Virus record (IMG/VR): IMGVR_UViG_3300042291_001013 | Length of the DNA stretch: 64,000 nt | Direction: 5' to 3' (one strand) | Source of the DNA: a virus | Taxonomy: Duplodnaviria > Caudoviricetes | Shown here: positions 63,445-64,000 of the stretch, piece by piece | Layout of the letters: each line of letters opens with the position of its first letter | Numbering within the stretch: the stretch's first letter is position 1 | Program-made: the position numbers and the translations under genes | The notes under the pieces: generated by a model | The model's database searches: none | What the model saw: only the letters and a program-made list of their open reading frames with translations | Told to the model about the DNA's origin: nothing

Positions 63445-64000
63445 CGATACTGGACGTTTTCAACCTCGCCGTTGTCAAAAATTGCCACAGCAGAAACTGG
63501 GCTTTGGAATTGCATGGGCACATAACCTGAGCCACCATTCACAATGGTTACTCCGGCAATTTGATTGTTGAGACCAATTGTACAGGTGGCTTCAGCACCA
63601 GCACCGTCGCCTAGAATTCGAATTCTAGGCGGCGCTGTGTACTGATATCCAGCATTGGTTATGGTTATACCAGTTACTACTCCATTGGCAACTACTACGT
63701 TTCCACTGGCACCATAACCAATTGAGTTGTTTAGAGCCAGGCGCAGGATTGGGTGAAATCCAACTACATTGAAATAGTCTGTGGTAGTTTGTGACAGGTA
63801 CTCACGAGATTCAGTTACATCATACCAGGCAGACTCATAGTTTTGAGCGGCTTGCACCTTGGCTGTACCGGTGTAACCCACAAGGTCAAATTTCACAGTG
63901 GTAAAGCTAGACTCATTTGTGGGCATGAAACTGGAATAGAATTCAGTTTGATAAATTGCCACTTGTGGTTGCGGTGTGTTGGCCCAGTCCGGCCAGTTGG
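63441..64000 (-). CDS. Virion structural protein (5' end outside window)
   Basis: ITITNAGYQY / TIVNGGSGY repeats typical of myovirus baseplate/tail proteins; frame open to window edge. Confidence 0.6.
   Translation of the reverse strand, partial: NWPDWANTPQPQVAIYQTEFYSSFMPTNESSFTTVKFDLVGYTGTAKVQAAQNYESAWYDVTESREYLSQTTTDYFNVVGFHPILRLALNNSIGYGASGNVVVANGVVTGITITNAGYQYTAPPRIRILGDGAGAEATCTIGLNNQIAGVTIVNGGSGYVPMQFQSPVSAVAIFDNGEVENVQYR

Noticed and set aside
1-64000. Host chromosome or integrated prophage origin
   Set aside because: Host-like genes are isolated from their normal operons and interleaved with PAAR, tail, T4-like replication genes and late promoters; no integrase or rRNA seen
1-64000. 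Stop-codon reassignment (TAG/TGA recoding)
   Set aside because: Long conserved genes are intact in code 11, and TAG (5826, 28449) and TGA both serve as real stops

Overview
This window is a gene-dense 64-kb segment of a large lytic myovirus (jumbo or T4-like organisation). It is not host chromosome and uses the standard genetic code. Phage hallmarks include a PAAR spike, tailspike and tail-fibre-like genes, a gp41-like helicase, a gp61-like primase, an ATP-dependent DNA ligase, NrdAB with glutaredoxin, many near-perfect sigma70 early promoters and T4-late-type TAA(A/G)TA promoters. The host-like genes (PstS, IscU/IscA, ClpP x2, ClpX, ClpS, Hsp20, bS21, YccA, DUF3563-like, phasin-like, UvsE, desaturase) suggest a betaproteobacterial host; this is an inference. 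Six observations stand out. (1) A late-expressed trans-envelope module (CsgF-CsgG-curlin-FecR, two YvrJ-like membrane proteins, a desaturase and a CHASE2 adenylate cyclase) is flanked by a stand-alone paralog of the cyclase's own C-terminal tail. (2) A candidate PHA-granule module pairs a phasin-like gene with a PAKK histone-like gene around a PhaR-box-like palindrome, next to a Pho-box-preceded pstS. (3) ROSE-type RNA-thermometer hairpins cover the SD of both hsp20 and the phasin-like gene. (4) A Pol-beta nucleotidyltransferase / RNA-ligase-fold fusion carries L-x-E prohead-protease-like sites and may be packaged and injected. (5) An ArfA-like peptide missed by the ORF track lies behind an early promoter. 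(6) There is an amidinotransferase/2OG-oxygenase/UDP-sugar dehydrogenase operon, pervasive leaderless mRNAs, and a ~190-nt structured leader RNA with no family I recognise. No tRNA, rRNA, CRISPR array, intron or intein was seen. All family calls come from motif recognition by eye, with no database searches.
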